A stretch of DNA of 64,000 bases from an uncultured cyanobacterium. GTDB taxonomy: Bacteria; Cyanobacteriota; Cyanobacteriia; Cyanobacteriales; Nostocaceae. The translations under genes were made by a program, and so were the position numbers. Shown piece by piece: positions 39,346-50,031 of the stretch; the stretch's first letter is position 1, and every line of letters starts with the position of its first letter. The DNA is taken from assembly GCA_963706595.1 (NCBI GenBank), contig OY970166.1, positions 4,288,001 through 4,352,000 of the forward strand. The letters run 5' to 3'. The notes below the pieces were generated by a model. That model did no database searches and was not told the DNA's origin. It saw only the letters and a list, made by a program, of their open reading frames with translations.

Positions 39346-42300
39346 TTAAACTGTCACCCCTTCCAACTGTTCATCAGTCAAATCATACAACTGACGCAAC
39401 TTATCCAACTTATCTGCATCAGCTTGCCAAATACCCCGCCCATGCGCCTCAATCATTCTGCTCAAAATATTGCGAAAAGCTTCAGGATTCGCCTTGCGTA
39501 ACTTCTCCGCCATCTCTGCATCTAAAGCATAAGTATCCGCCGCTTGGTCATAAACCCAATCATCGTGAAAATCAGCAGTCCCACCCCAACCAATCAACGC
39601 CGTCATCCGTTGGGAAATTTCAAACGCACCACCAGAACCTTGATTCGCCATAGCTTGCGCCCATTTCGGATTGACTAATTTACTGCGGTATTCCATTCTG
39701 AGTAAATCATCTAAATTGCGGGGTGTGGTATCCTTCGAGAAACTTTCCACAAAACTGGTTGTCACCTTCTTACCGCGTCGCATTTCTGCCGCCTTTTTCA
39801 AACCGCCCGTATTAGCGTAATATTCTTGAATATCAGTTAAACCATATTCTACAGAATCGATTTCTTGAACAATGCGATCGCTAGTTTTTAATAAAGCATT
39901 TAAAATCTCTGGTCTAGCTTGACCCTTATCTTCCCTACCATAGCTAAACACATTCCGACCTTGCCAAGTATTGCCTAATTCTTCCCCAGATTCCCAATTA
40001 CCATCAACCACCTGATCATTTACCAAAGAACCGAAATCACCAGATGGATTAGAAAACAATCTTGCAGAACTATTCTCTACACCTTGCGCCTGTAAAGCTA
40101 AAGCGTGCTTTCTAATAAAATTCTCCTCTTCCGATTCATCAGCATCAGCCGCCCGTTGAAACAAATCATCCAATAATTCAATAATATTCACAAAACTATC
40201 GCGGAAAATCCCCGACAAATTACCCAAAATATCAATTCTGGGATGTCCCACCTCAGACAAAGGCTGCAACTCATAACGCACAATGCGCCCAGTCCCCTCC
40301 TTCACAGGTTCAGCCCCCACCAACTCCAAAAGAATCCCCAGAGACTCACCCTTAGTCTTAATCGCATCCAAACCCCATAACATCACCGCCACCGTTTCCG
40401 GATACGTCCCATGTTCAGCCAAATGCTGGGCGATAATTTTCTGACCAATTTCCCGCCCCCGTGCAAAAGCCGCCGGAGAAGGCATTCTATAAGGATCTAA
40501 AGCGTGAATATTCCTCCCCGTAGGTAACACACCCGCACCATCTCGCAACAAATCACCCCCAGGCGCAGGCAAAATATACTCCCCATTCAACCCCCGCAAC
40601 AAACTCCCCAACTCATCAGTAGACTGCATCAACAAACCACTAACTAACTCCTCCTCCTCTTGGCGACCTTGGCGACTTGGCGGTTCGTCTCCAAAATAAG
40701 CCTCCAAATAAGCCTCCAACTCCTCCTCATTCGGCGGTTCCCCCAAAATATGCAAACCCGAAGAAAACAGACGATTCTCCAGAACTTGCAGATATTCGTA
40801 CAACTTCAGCAAATAATCATCAAAAGCGCGATCGCTAAACATTCGCACATTCTCAGGACTAAAAGCAATCCCCAAACGTTTAGCATCATCAAAAGGACAA
40901 TCAGCATCCAAACCAGAATCAACAATCTTCTTACAAATAACCTCCTTCAGCAGATAATTCTTCTGCGGGTCCTCACGATACTCCGAAATCAAATCCCGCA
41001 AAGACAGCAACTCCTTATATAAACCAGCCCGACCATAAGGTGGTACATTGTGAGAAATTAACACCCCATAACCGCGACGCTTCGCCAACATCGACTCAGA
41101 AGGATTATTTGCTGCATATATATAGAGATTAGGCAAATCCCCCAGCAGAATATCCGACCAAGAATAACCAGTATTACCCAAAGGTGAACCCGGCAACCAT
41201 TCTACAGTCCCGTGCATCCCGAAATGAACCACAGCATCCGCCGCAAAATCATTTTGTAGCCATTTATAGAAAGCCGCATATTGGGGATGGGGAGTTAAAT
41301 CTCGTTCAAACATTAACCGCATCGGGTCGCCTTGTATCCCCAAAGGTGGTTGCACACCAATCCAGACATTACCTAACTGCACACCACCAATATGTAACTC
41401 CTCCCCATAAGTTTTAATTCCAGTTCCCGTTAAAGACTTCCATTGTTTTTCAATGCGGGAAGTTAGCAGATATCCCAACCATTTTTCTAACTTACGGAAA
41501 TGGACAGTATTTGCAGATGCGGGGAAAGGTTTATTTTTTTCCCATGTTTCCATTTCTTCATCTGCTGCTTTCACCTGACGAATCAACTCTTCCCCATCTT
41601 CAGGAATATCACCAACCTCATAACCTTGGTCTTTGAGGGCGTGGAGAAACTTAATTAGACTCCGGGGAACATTCAATAAAGCCGCAGTCCCTACAGCCCC
41701 ATATCCTGGGGGAAATCCATATAAAATAATTGCTATCTTGCGTTCTGATGCCGACTTTTGCCGTAAAGCAATCCAATTTTTGACTCTACCAATTAAACGC
41801 TGGACTCGTTCGGGAACTAGATAAATTTGTTCCCCCACTAAACCGCCGAGGGGAATGGTATCAATCGCCCCATCCAGTTCCGGTAAAGCATACAATACGA
41901 CACTTTGCAGTCCGCCTACACCTTGACGCGTCCATGAGTGAATGTCTTGAATTAGCAGGGGTGCGGCTACTATATAGGGTACATTCTTAGCAGCGAGGAT
42001 GCGTTTGGCTACTTCCACCTGTCGCCCTGCTTCCATTGAACCTGCGGGGCCACCCACCAGAGGAAAGCCAATGGTAGAAACAATTGCATCTACCTGGACA
42101 GCTTGAGCAGAAAGTGAGAGAGTTTCAGTATTACCTTTTTGTCTTTGCTGGGTTTCGTAGTCGGTGGTCATCCAATCTCTGACTGCTACGTGTCCTTCTA
42201 CACCGTTGATAAAAATGGGTAAGGGAATTAACCCGGCTGATTCAAAACGGCGGATTAATTGGGCAATATATGGTTGTTTAGTAATTACGTGCTTACGGTA

Positions 42301-43059
42301 GAGTAAAATCCCGATGACTGGGGAGTGGGGAGTTACTTCGACTGCGCTCAGTAACCGGGGGAATGGGGAGTGGGAAATTTTGTTCTGATTTTTATACCAT
42401 GCTAAATATTCACGGGGGGATGTAAAAAATCCCTGATAGTCGGGATGCAGTAAACCCATGTCGGGGGTTTCAATGGGTGGGGGAATGTCACCGACTTTTA
42501 AATCTAAGTATTTTTCTGCTAGTATCCAGAATAATGCGGCAACGTTTTCGGAACCGCCGGCGTTCCAGTATCCATAGATAATTAACCAGTTGCGTAAGTC
42601 TTGGACTTTCTGCACTGGGACGAATTTTAAAAGTTTAGGACCAATTTTTAAGAAGCTAATATAACCAGCGAGTTTGTCTTCTTCCCGTCCGTTGCTGAAT
42701 TTGTCGAGGATGAATTTAACAGGTTTTGGCATTCCTTTGGGTTTGTCGCCAATGGCAAAAATACCCAATTTGGTTAAACTCATCAGTTCTAAGGCTGACT
42801 CGAACACCAGACGGATGGGAATTTGGGCAATGCGATCGCGCAACCACAAAACTTGGTCATAATCAAATAGCAGACTACCGAAAAATACATCAGCGCCATC
42901 TAGGGCTGCTTCTACTTCGCTGCGTTGACTGGTAATATGGCGATCGCTAAACACCCGAATATCCAAATCAAGACAGCGCGATTTAGCCACCTCAGCCGCT
43001 TTCCTGTACAAGTCAGCGTTAAACGATTCAAATCCAGCAATCAAGACAATGCGTTTCAT
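39346..43059 (-). CDS. bchH: Magnesium chelatase subunit H-like protein (CobN/BchH family)
   Basis: HFGMHGTVEWLPG, YAANNPSES, LPTGRNIHALDP, LTDIQEYY. Confidence 0.88.
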   Translation of the reverse strand: MKRIVLIAGFESFNADLYRKAAEVAKSRCLDLDIRVFSDRHITSQRSEVEAALDGADVFFGSLLFDYDQVLWLRDRIAQIPIRLVFESALELMSLTKLGIFAIGDKPKGMPKPVKFILDKFSNGREEDKLAGYISFLKIGPKLLKFVPVQKVQDLRNWLIIYGYWNAGGSENVAALFWILAEKYLDLKVGDIPPPIETPDMGLLHPDYQGFFTSPREYLAWYKNQNKISHSPFPRLLSAVEVTPHSPVIGILLYRKHVITKQPYIAQLIRRFESAGLIPLPIFINGVEGHVAVRDWMTTDYETQQRQKGNTETLSLSAQAVQVDAIVSTIGFPLVGGPAGSMEAGRQVEVAKRILAAKNVPYIVAAPLLIQDIHSWTRQGVGGLQSVVLYALPELDGAIDTIPLGGLVGEQIYLVPERVQRLIGRVKNWIALRQKSASERKIAIILYGFPPGYGAVGTAALLNVPRSLIKFLHALKDQGYEVGDIPEDGEELIRQVKAADEEMETWEKNKPFPASANTVHFRKLEKWLGYLLTSRIEKQWKSLTGTGIKTYGEELHIGGVQLGNVWIGVQPPLGIQGDPMRLMFERDLTPHPQYAAFYKWLQNDFAADAVVHFGMHGTVEWLPGSPLGNTGYSWSDILLGDLPNLYIYAANNPSESMLAKRRGYGVLISHNVPPYGRAGLYKELLSLRDLISEYREDPQKNYLLKEVICKKIVDSGLDADCPFDDAKRLGIAFSPENVRMFSDRAFDDYLLKLYEYLQVLENRLFSSGLHILGEPPNEEELEAYLEAYFGDEPPSRQGRQEEEELVSGLLMQSTDELGSLLRGLNGEYILPAPGGDLLRDGAGVLPTGRNIHALDPYRMPSPAAFARGREIGQKIIAQHLAEHGTYPETVAVMLWGLDAIKTKGESLGILLELVGAEPVKEGTGRIVRYELQPLSEVGHPRIDILGNLSGIFRDSFVNIIELLDDLFQRAADADESEEENFIRKHALALQAQGVENSSARLFSNPSGDFGSLVNDQVVDGNWESGEELGNTWQGRNVFSYGREDKGQARPEILNALLKTSDRIVQEIDSVEYGLTDIQEYYANTGGLKKAAEMRRGKKVTTSFVESFSKDTTPRNLDDLLRMEYRSKLVNPKWAQAMANQGSGGAFEISQRMTALIGWGGTADFHDDWVYDQAADTYALDAEMAEKLRKANPEAFRNILSRMIEAHGRGIWQADADKLDKLRQLYDLTDEQLEGVTV

Positions 43060-43112
43060 GCCTAAGCTACGAAAGATCCCTCTATGATCTTAAAGGTAGT
43101 TTCGCTGTAATG

Positions 43113-43199
43113 ACCAATAGTTCCTTAATGGTACAACCCCTGATATTTATCAGTGGAGTCAATCTAAAATCTAAAATCTAAAATCCAAAATTGTTTGAC
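43113..43199 (-). repeat. Second copy of the composite STRR/palindrome repeat (see 2717-2810)
   Basis: Reverse complement aligns with 2717-2810. Confidence 0.75.
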
Positions 43200-43291
43200 C
43201 CATACCCCAAAATGAATTCGGTAATCTACCCAAAGACTGAAAATTATTGGTTACAAAATACCATTTGGCAATTTGGCACATTTTCTGATTG

Positions 43292-43388
43292 CTGAGTTGG
43301 TATTGTGAGATTCGCGAATATCTTTGTGCGACAATACCGACTTGCAGAATCCCTCAGTTAGCAGGCTAGCTACTGGGGGTATTTTTTT
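43292..43388 (+). ncRNA. Candidate sRNA: long hairpin followed by a terminator hairpin
   Basis: GTTGGTATTGT pairs with ACAATACCGAC; CCCTCAGT...ACTGGGGG followed by T7. Confidence 0.35.
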
Positions 43389-43997
43389 GGTCTTTTATAA
43401 ATCCGTTGGAACTGAAGTTCAAAAAACTCCTGATCGCATAACTGTATGTATGATCACGTCCAAACTAGGATAAAAATTGTTGGTTATATACCTAGCAATG
43501 GCAAAATTCTCTTCTAGATTCATGAAAAATTAAACAATAAATAATATTTTATTTTGATAACTTTCAGCCGAAAAGTAGTGGTAATTTTTACTAAATCAAT
43601 ATACAAAGATTGGCTTAATGAAGGATTTTTCAATAGAGATGTACAATAAAACTAACTGCCAAAGGTTCACCCCTACTTCTACCATCACACCCAAGCTACT
43701 TTCGCCAAGTTTTTGTATCCTGCGGTCAACCTATATGCATTAGAAGTAGGCAATGGAGAGCATACCTATAGGCAAAGGAAAGATTGCGTAAAACCTGCCT
43801 GGACAAGAGTTAATCAACTCCTTGGGGCGTTATATTTGGGAATCTCGACAATCACCACAATTTGAGTTTATTTGCGGCTAGTACCCCTTAACGTCAGTTG
43901 AAAGGCTTTCATTTTGGGATCTATATTTACGCCGTGAAAGAAGACCTATTGACAATTTACCCAAAAGCGTTTCCAGATTTAAAATCTAGAGGAGTCC

Positions 43998-44708
43998 ATG
44001 AGTACCACTAATTTTACCAAAGCAGAAAATTCCCATAAACGCCCAGAGGAAGAACCTCATTTACCAAGAAAAAACTTGATAAAAAATGGTATAAAACATG
44101 AAAATTCCCAAAAACGGGAGTCTTTATCTGATAGTTCCTTGTTAAAACTTGAAAATCGTGGTCGAGTAGCTATTTTCATTGATGGCGTAAGTCTATTTCA
44201 TACAGCTTTACAACTCGGTATTGAAATCGACTATCTCAAACTACTTTGCCATTTAACAGGGGGTTCTCGGTTGTTGCGTGCTTTCTTTTATACTGCTATT
44301 GATACCTCCAGACCCACTGCGGCACGTCCACGGACGAATGAAAAGCAACAAGGTTTTCTGTTTTGGATGCGGCGCAATGGTTATCGTGTAGTTACCAAAG
44401 AAGTTCAACTGGCAGACCATACCAAAAAACACAATTTGAATGTCGAAATTGCTGTGGATATGATTACCTTAGCTCCTTACTATGATACAGCAATCTTAGT
44501 GAGTGGAGATAGAGATTTAGCTTATGCTGTAAATGCTGTCAGCGCTACAGGTTCTCGCGTTGAAGTTGTGAGTTTGCGGGCATTGACTAGCGATAGTTTG
44601 ATTGATGTCGCCGACGAGTTTATTGACCTCGATAGAATTAAACAATACATTCAGAAAGATTCCCATCTTGGCTATAGTTATCGGGTGCTTTCCAATTCCA
44701 AGTTGTAA
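43998..44708 (+). CDS. NYN domain (LabA/DUF88) protein
   Basis: AIFIDG, LLRAFFYT, EIAVDM, LVSGDRDL. Confidence 0.88.
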   Translation: MSTTNFTKAENSHKRPEEEPHLPRKNLIKNGIKHENSQKRESLSDSSLLKLENRGRVAIFIDGVSLFHTALQLGIEIDYLKLLCHLTGGSRLLRAFFYTAIDTSRPTAARPRTNEKQQGFLFWMRRNGYRVVTKEVQLADHTKKHNLNVEIAVDMITLAPYYDTAILVSGDRDLAYAVNAVSATGSRVEVVSLRALTSDSLIDVADEFIDLDRIKQYIQKDSHLGYSYRVLSNSKL

Positions 44709-44830
44709 ATCTCCATTGCCAATTGAGCAAATTTGATCTTGATTACTGCCTCTACTTATATCAGCTTAATAGAGTAGAATGGCAAACTAGGGAATTACTC
44801 TGCGTATTTTTTTATTAAATCCTGATTGAA

Positions 44831-45535
44831 ATGGATATTTTAATTGTTGAGGATGAACTGGAAATTTCTCAGTTAATCCAACATTCTTTAAACAAAGAGG
44901 GATTTTCCTGTCGAATTAGCCGCGATGGTATCAACGCTTTGCAGATGTTTCAGGAACAACCACCAGATTTAATCATCCTCGACTTAATGATTCCGGGGTT
45001 GGATGGACTGGAAGTGTGTGCGCGGATTCGTCAAAAACCCGGTGTAAAAGACCCTTATATTTTGATGCTGACAGCTAGGGGTGAGGAAATTGATCGGGTG
45101 ATTGGCTTATCGACTGGTGCTGATGACTACATGGTTAAACCCTTCAGTCCCAGAGAGTTAGTTGCTAGGGTCCGGGCCTTATTGCGGCGTAGTCTCCGCC
45201 AAGGAGGACAGCATCAGGTGAATCGGACTCAACACTTTGTGATTGATTTAGACCAACACACTGCGATGCGACAAATTAATTCCCAACCAGCCGAAACCTT
45301 AGACTTAACTACTTTAGAATTTAATCTATTAAACACCTTTGTCAGTAATCCGGGTCGAGTTTGGAACCGGACTCAGCTAATTGATAAACTTTGGGGGGAT
45401 AATTTTTTTGGTGATGAACGGGTTGTAGATACTCATGTAGCCCGATTGCGGAAAAAAGTTGAGCCTGATCCCGCTAGTCCCACTTTTATTAAAACTGTGG
45501 TTGGGATAGGGTATAAGTTTGAAGATACCCTGTAG
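44831..45535 (+). CDS. OmpR-family response regulator
   Basis: IVEDE, LDLMIP, GADDY..KPF, VDTHVARLRKK. Confidence 0.93.
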   Translation: MDILIVEDELEISQLIQHSLNKEGFSCRISRDGINALQMFQEQPPDLIILDLMIPGLDGLEVCARIRQKPGVKDPYILMLTARGEEIDRVIGLSTGADDYMVKPFSPRELVARVRALLRRSLRQGGQHQVNRTQHFVIDLDQHTAMRQINSQPAETLDLTTLEFNLLNTFVSNPGRVWNRTQLIDKLWGDNFFGDERVVDTHVARLRKKVEPDPASPTFIKTVVGIGYKFEDTL

Positions 45536-45550
45536 CGTGAGGAGAATGGC

Positions 45551-46657
45551 ATGGGCTGGCGTTGGGCAAGGTCTTTGCCTCTGGCATCGCGTCTGTTTTT
45601 ATCCCACCTCGTGGTGATGATTGTGGGGTTAGCTAGTCTGGTAATCATTAGTGGAATTTCTTCTCCTCGCTTTTTTTTCCTGCACTTGCAAAGGTTAGAA
45701 AGTCGAGGGATGAGATTAATTAATATTCGGACTGAATTGGTGCAAGGATTTGAAACGGCTTGGCGACGTAGCACGATTTGGTCTGTGATTGTCGGTAGCA
45801 CTGCGGCGGGAGGATTGAGTTATTGGGTATCCAAACGAATTATGCTGCGGTTGACAGAGATGGAACAAATTACGCAAAAGTTTGCATCTGGTCAACTAGA
45901 GGCGCGATTACCTTTATCTGACATTCCCGAACTGCATCGCCTGGGGACTAGCTTTAATCAGATGGCGGCTAGTTTAGAAGGGGTGGAAGCCCGGCGGCGG
46001 GAATTGATTGGTGATATGACTCATGAATTGCGGACACCATTAACGGTTGTGCGGGGTTACTTAGAGGAACTCGCTGATGGAGAAATAGAACCATCTCCGG
46101 AGATTTATCGGCGGTTGGCGAAGGAAACGAAACGGTTAGAGAGATTAGTTAACGATTTACAAGAATTATCGAAGGCGGAAGCTGGTTATCTGCCAATTAA
46201 TATTCAGCCTGTAAATTTATGGCCTTTATTAGAGTCATTGGTGGAAAAGTTTAGCGACCAACTGCTAGAAGATGGCCCGGTTTTAGCCTGGGAATGTCCC
46301 GAACAATTACCTCTGGTGTTGGCAGATATTGACCGCACAGAACAGGTGTTAGTTAATTTGCTGGGTAATGCTATACGTTACACTGTCAAAGGTGCAATCA
46401 CTATTCGTGTTTATATTGAGGCTTCTCAACTCTGGATTGCTGTTATAGATACAGGTATTGGCATTTCTCCACAGGATTTACCTCATGTATTTGAACGCTT
46501 TTGGCGGGCTGACCAATCACGCGATCGCGATTCTGGTGGTACTGGTATTGGTTTAACTATCACCCGCCGTTTAGTGGAACTCCAAGGAGGTCGGATTTAC
46601 GTCACAAGTGAACTGGGTATTGGCAGTACCTTTCGTTTTTGCTTACCTTTGGCGTGA
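45551..46657 (+). CDS. HAMP-domain sensor histidine kinase
   Basis: Two TMs, THELRTPL, NAIRY, GGTGIGL. Confidence 0.92.
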   Translation: MGWRWARSLPLASRLFLSHLVVMIVGLASLVIISGISSPRFFFLHLQRLESRGMRLINIRTELVQGFETAWRRSTIWSVIVGSTAAGGLSYWVSKRIMLRLTEMEQITQKFASGQLEARLPLSDIPELHRLGTSFNQMAASLEGVEARRRELIGDMTHELRTPLTVVRGYLEELADGEIEPSPEIYRRLAKETKRLERLVNDLQELSKAEAGYLPINIQPVNLWPLLESLVEKFSDQLLEDGPVLAWECPEQLPLVLADIDRTEQVLVNLLGNAIRYTVKGAITIRVYIEASQLWIAVIDTGIGISPQDLPHVFERFWRADQSRDRDSGGTGIGLTITRRLVELQGGRIYVTSELGIGSTFRFCLPLA

Positions 46658-47043
46658 ATATAGAAAATGGCTGGACGCGATCGCCTATTTATTTCCCCAA
46701 AATCATTCCCCAGACTCAGCAAATTACCTATTGTTGCAATTAAGTATCAGATATTTTGTATAGATGGTTACTAGGGGTGTAACCCCTACGACAGTTACTA
46801 TGATCATGAATTAATGTGAGTTAATTGACTAAAAATGTGTCATTATTGCCACTCAGCTAATTTTTAGCGGAAATTCAGCCTCAACGCTGTTTTATGTGTT
46901 TGCTAGTTTTGATTCATATTTATATATTCAAAAAGTATTAGGGTGACTCCAGAAAGCAGAAAATACCAGTTACATATATCTAGCTTTTTGGGAATCAAAT
47001 CATATAATAACTGTATTCAGTTTTGTGGGATTAACCATAAGGA

Positions 47044-47337
47044 GTGTTAAAAATGAATCAGATGCAATTATCTTTACTGATGAGCTATTTTCTGATGACT
47101 TGCTATTTTTTCACCAATTGGCTCAAATTTACCCTGCGTCATCCTAATTCTACTCCGGAAGAGAAATTTTTATCTTTTGTGATGTTTCTGATCACAACTA
47201 TTTTTTGGCCTTTAACTGCCATAATGAATTTATGGGAAATATTCAATCAAAGAAAACTGGAATTAAGAACGACGATTCCTGTTATCTTAGCCATCTTTGC
47301 CTTTAGTCTTTCATATTATTTAACTTATCTGTATTAA
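47044..47337 (+). CDS. Small membrane protein
   Basis: Three hydrophobic segments; AAGGAG RBS. Confidence 0.65.
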   Translation: MLKMNQMQLSLLMSYFLMTCYFFTNWLKFTLRHPNSTPEEKFLSFVMFLITTIFWPLTAIMNLWEIFNQRKLELRTTIPVILAIFAFSLSYYLTYLY

Positions 47338-47543
47338 CAGAGTTTTGTCCCTAAGAATTTATTCCGCTCATTCCCATCTTAATTTTGAGAAATTTGAGCA
47401 TATACCCCTGCATATTTTTTAGCTATTTCTGCAAAATATAAAATTTTAATCATACCTGACCAGCCCCAGAGAACCTAGATTTTACATGGGATAATCAAAC
47501 TAATGAACGTAGAATACTTCACCTTTGGTCAACAGAGAACAGC

Positions 47544-47745
47544 TCATATCTTGCACCAGGCGACTGGAAGTCGCGGCTACACAGGCAAAACCCTCCTACG
47601 TGGGTTGAAAAACTGGATTTTCTGTTAGTCCACGCAGGCGGTCACTGAGCTTGTCGAAGTGCGGAATGTGGGTTGTATAGCCGCGTTCGCCCTTGGTGTT
47701 GCGTTAGCAATATTCCCATCGCCAGGGTTAGGTGCAAGATGTGAG
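47544..47745. mobile_element. MITE with 15-bp TIRs carrying REP-like and SDR-like inserts
   Basis: CTCATATCTTGCACC vs reverse complement of GGTGCAAGATGTGAG (14/15). Confidence 0.7.
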
Positions 47746-47783
47746 TTAGCGTACCTCTGCGTTTAAAAAGCCAAATTCCGACC

Positions 47784-48284
47784 TCAAGTGACCATTTCAA
47801 ACTCTAGCTGATGACTCTGGAAAAAATCATGAGTGAAATGATCAACCACATTAGTATCAGCAAGTTCTAAATTATAAAAATCCACAAATTCATGCTCAAA
47901 ATATGGACCAGCGTGCCAAGTACCCTCATTTAACTTAATGAAGCAATTTCCCGGTATGCGGAAAGCCGAAATCTCTGCTAATACTGGTTCATTCAAATCA
48001 TTATGAGGAGGACAAACTGCAATTAACCAATCCTTTCCTGCCAAAGAACCTAAACATTGAGTACATTGTAAATGACGAGTAATTCTATCAAACTTCCTGC
48101 CCCGTTTTTCTAACCTCATAATGTAAAATCGCGGAGTCCCATTTTTGAGGTTTAATTGAGCATCTTCTACATCAAAAGTTTTACCGTCTTCACTAGCAGA
48201 AATTACCTGTCCATAAGGGCGAAAATTTTCTGGTGTTATCCATTCAGCCGGCAATTGTTGCATTGTCTGTGATCTATTCATCAA
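47784..48284 (-). CDS. Ureidoglycolate lyase/hydrolase family protein
   Basis: ITPENFRPYGQ, TRHLQCTQ, GTWHAGP. Confidence 0.8.
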   Translation of the reverse strand: MMNRSQTMQQLPAEWITPENFRPYGQVISASEDGKTFDVEDAQLNLKNGTPRFYIMRLEKRGRKFDRITRHLQCTQCLGSLAGKDWLIAVCPPHNDLNEPVLAEISAFRIPGNCFIKLNEGTWHAGPYFEHEFVDFYNLELADTNVVDHFTHDFFQSHQLEFEMVT

Positions 48285-48377
48285 TCTGACTGCTTATATA
48301 TATTAGGATCGGGGTAATTCTAGGATATTATCTTTTTGGAAGTCTACTTGCACTCGCATCTGCTATGAGGTTCATCT

Positions 48378-49373
48378 ATGCCAATCTATGTATACTGGGG
48401 CGAGGATGATTTTGCCATCGAAAAAGCAGTTACAATATTACGCGATCGCATTCTCGATCCACTCTGGACAAGTTTTAACTATACATCTTTATCGCCCGAT
48501 CAACCCGATGTCGCAATTGCGGGTTTAAATCAAGTCATGACACCGCCTTTTGGGGCTGGTGGACGATTGGTGTGGCTAATGAATACTTCTCTGTTTCAGC
48601 ATTGCCCAGAAAATATCTTAGCAGAACTGACGCGAACTCTGTCAGTGATTCCCGAAAACTCCTGGTTATTACTCACCAGCCGTAATAAACCTGATGAACG
48701 CCTCAAATCTACCAAATTACTCAAAAAATCCGCCCATGAATTTCGAGAATTTCCCCTGATTCCACCCTGGAAGATAGAATTGCTAGTACAGTCAGTGAAT
48801 CAAGTGGCTCAAACGGTAGGAGTGAAACTGACAAACCGGACTGCGGAAATTTTAGCAGAAGCTGTAGGTAATGATACTCGGCTACTATACAATGAAATGG
48901 AAAAGCTACGCCTTTATGCATCGGATAGCGGTAAGTCTTTAGACGTAGATACCATTACACTATTAGTTAGAAATACTACTCAAAATAGTTTACAATTAGC
49001 AGCAGCAATTAGAATGGGAGAAACGGCTAAAGCTTTAACTATTTTGGCTGATCTCATCAATGCTGCCGAACCGGGATTGAAAATAGTTGCTACACTTATA
49101 GGTCAATTTCGTACTTGGTTATTGATTAAGATTGCCATGGAAAGTGGGGAACGCAATCCTCAAGCGATCGCCAAATTAGCCGAGGTTAACAATCCCAAAC
49201 GTATTTACTTTTTACAGGAAGAAGTCAAATCGCTTTCTGTGCAGCAACTAATCTCCTGCTTACCATTACTACTAGAGTTAGAAGTCAGCCTCAAGCAAGG
49301 ATCTACGGAAGTATCTACACTTCAGACCAAAGTGATACAACTTTGTCAAGTATGCCAACGGGGCGGATATTAA
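48378..49373 (+). CDS. holA: DNA polymerase III delta subunit
   Basis: MPIYVYWGEDDF, TPPFGAGGRLV, EAVGNDTRLLYNEMEKL. Confidence 0.9.
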   Translation: MPIYVYWGEDDFAIEKAVTILRDRILDPLWTSFNYTSLSPDQPDVAIAGLNQVMTPPFGAGGRLVWLMNTSLFQHCPENILAELTRTLSVIPENSWLLLTSRNKPDERLKSTKLLKKSAHEFREFPLIPPWKIELLVQSVNQVAQTVGVKLTNRTAEILAEAVGNDTRLLYNEMEKLRLYASDSGKSLDVDTITLLVRNTTQNSLQLAAAIRMGETAKALTILADLINAAEPGLKIVATLIGQFRTWLLIKIAMESGERNPQAIAKLAEVNNPKRIYFLQEEVKSLSVQQLISCLPLLLELEVSLKQGSTEVSTLQTKVIQLCQVCQRGGY

Positions 49374-49475
49374 AGATAAAAATTGCATTGACAGACAGTT
49401 CTGTGGAACTTCTCACTCCTAAAATAATTCAAAGCCATTAACATATCCCTAAAATATTTCTGTGCTATCAAATTT

Positions 49476-49955
49476 ATGAAAATAATTTCTAATTTATTTT
49501 TTCAAACTACCTTGCAACATCTATTTCCCAAGAGTCTATTTTTTGGCATTCTTACCACGGCCAGTTTACTTACCAGCAGCCTGGCCTTAAGTTCCCAAGC
49601 GGATGCTCAAACACCTGCTGCTAAAGTTACTGATGACATCACCAGCTACGCCCAAGCCGTGTTAGCAATGGAAACACCGCGTCAACAAGCTTTTGATGAA
49701 ATTAAAAAATTAATTGGGGGTGGAGAAATACCCAAAATTATTTGTAATGATCCCAAAAGTATGGGCAGTCTACCACGGCAGGCTCAAGATATCGCCGTGA
49801 CTTACTGTAATCGCTCTCTAAAAATAGTTGAAGATAATGGTCTGACTATTGATAGGTTTAACAAACTTACTCTAGAGATACAAAATAACAACAACTTAAA
49901 AAGACAAGTTTACAATACATTAATCCGCCTGCAAAAAGCTCCCGAAGCTCGGTAG
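49476..49955 (+). CDS. DUF4168-like secreted protein
   Basis: Signal peptide; YAQAVLAME..R, IVEDNGLTIDRFN. Confidence 0.7.
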   Translation: MKIISNLFFQTTLQHLFPKSLFFGILTTASLLTSSLALSSQADAQTPAAKVTDDITSYAQAVLAMETPRQQAFDEIKKLIGGGEIPKIICNDPKSMGSLPRQAQDIAVTYCNRSLKIVEDNGLTIDRFNKLTLEIQNNNNLKRQVYNTLIRLQKAPEAR

Positions 49956-50031
49956 ATTAAATTCCCAAGAATACCCCCGGATTACGCCGAGGGTAAAGAT
50001 TAGTTATTGACGATGAGAAACTAATAACTCT

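Noticed and set aside
46758..46771. NtcA box GTA-N8-TAC
   Set aside because: Spacing to the nearest -10-like hexamer (24-27 nt) is off-consensus, and the motif occurs often by chance.
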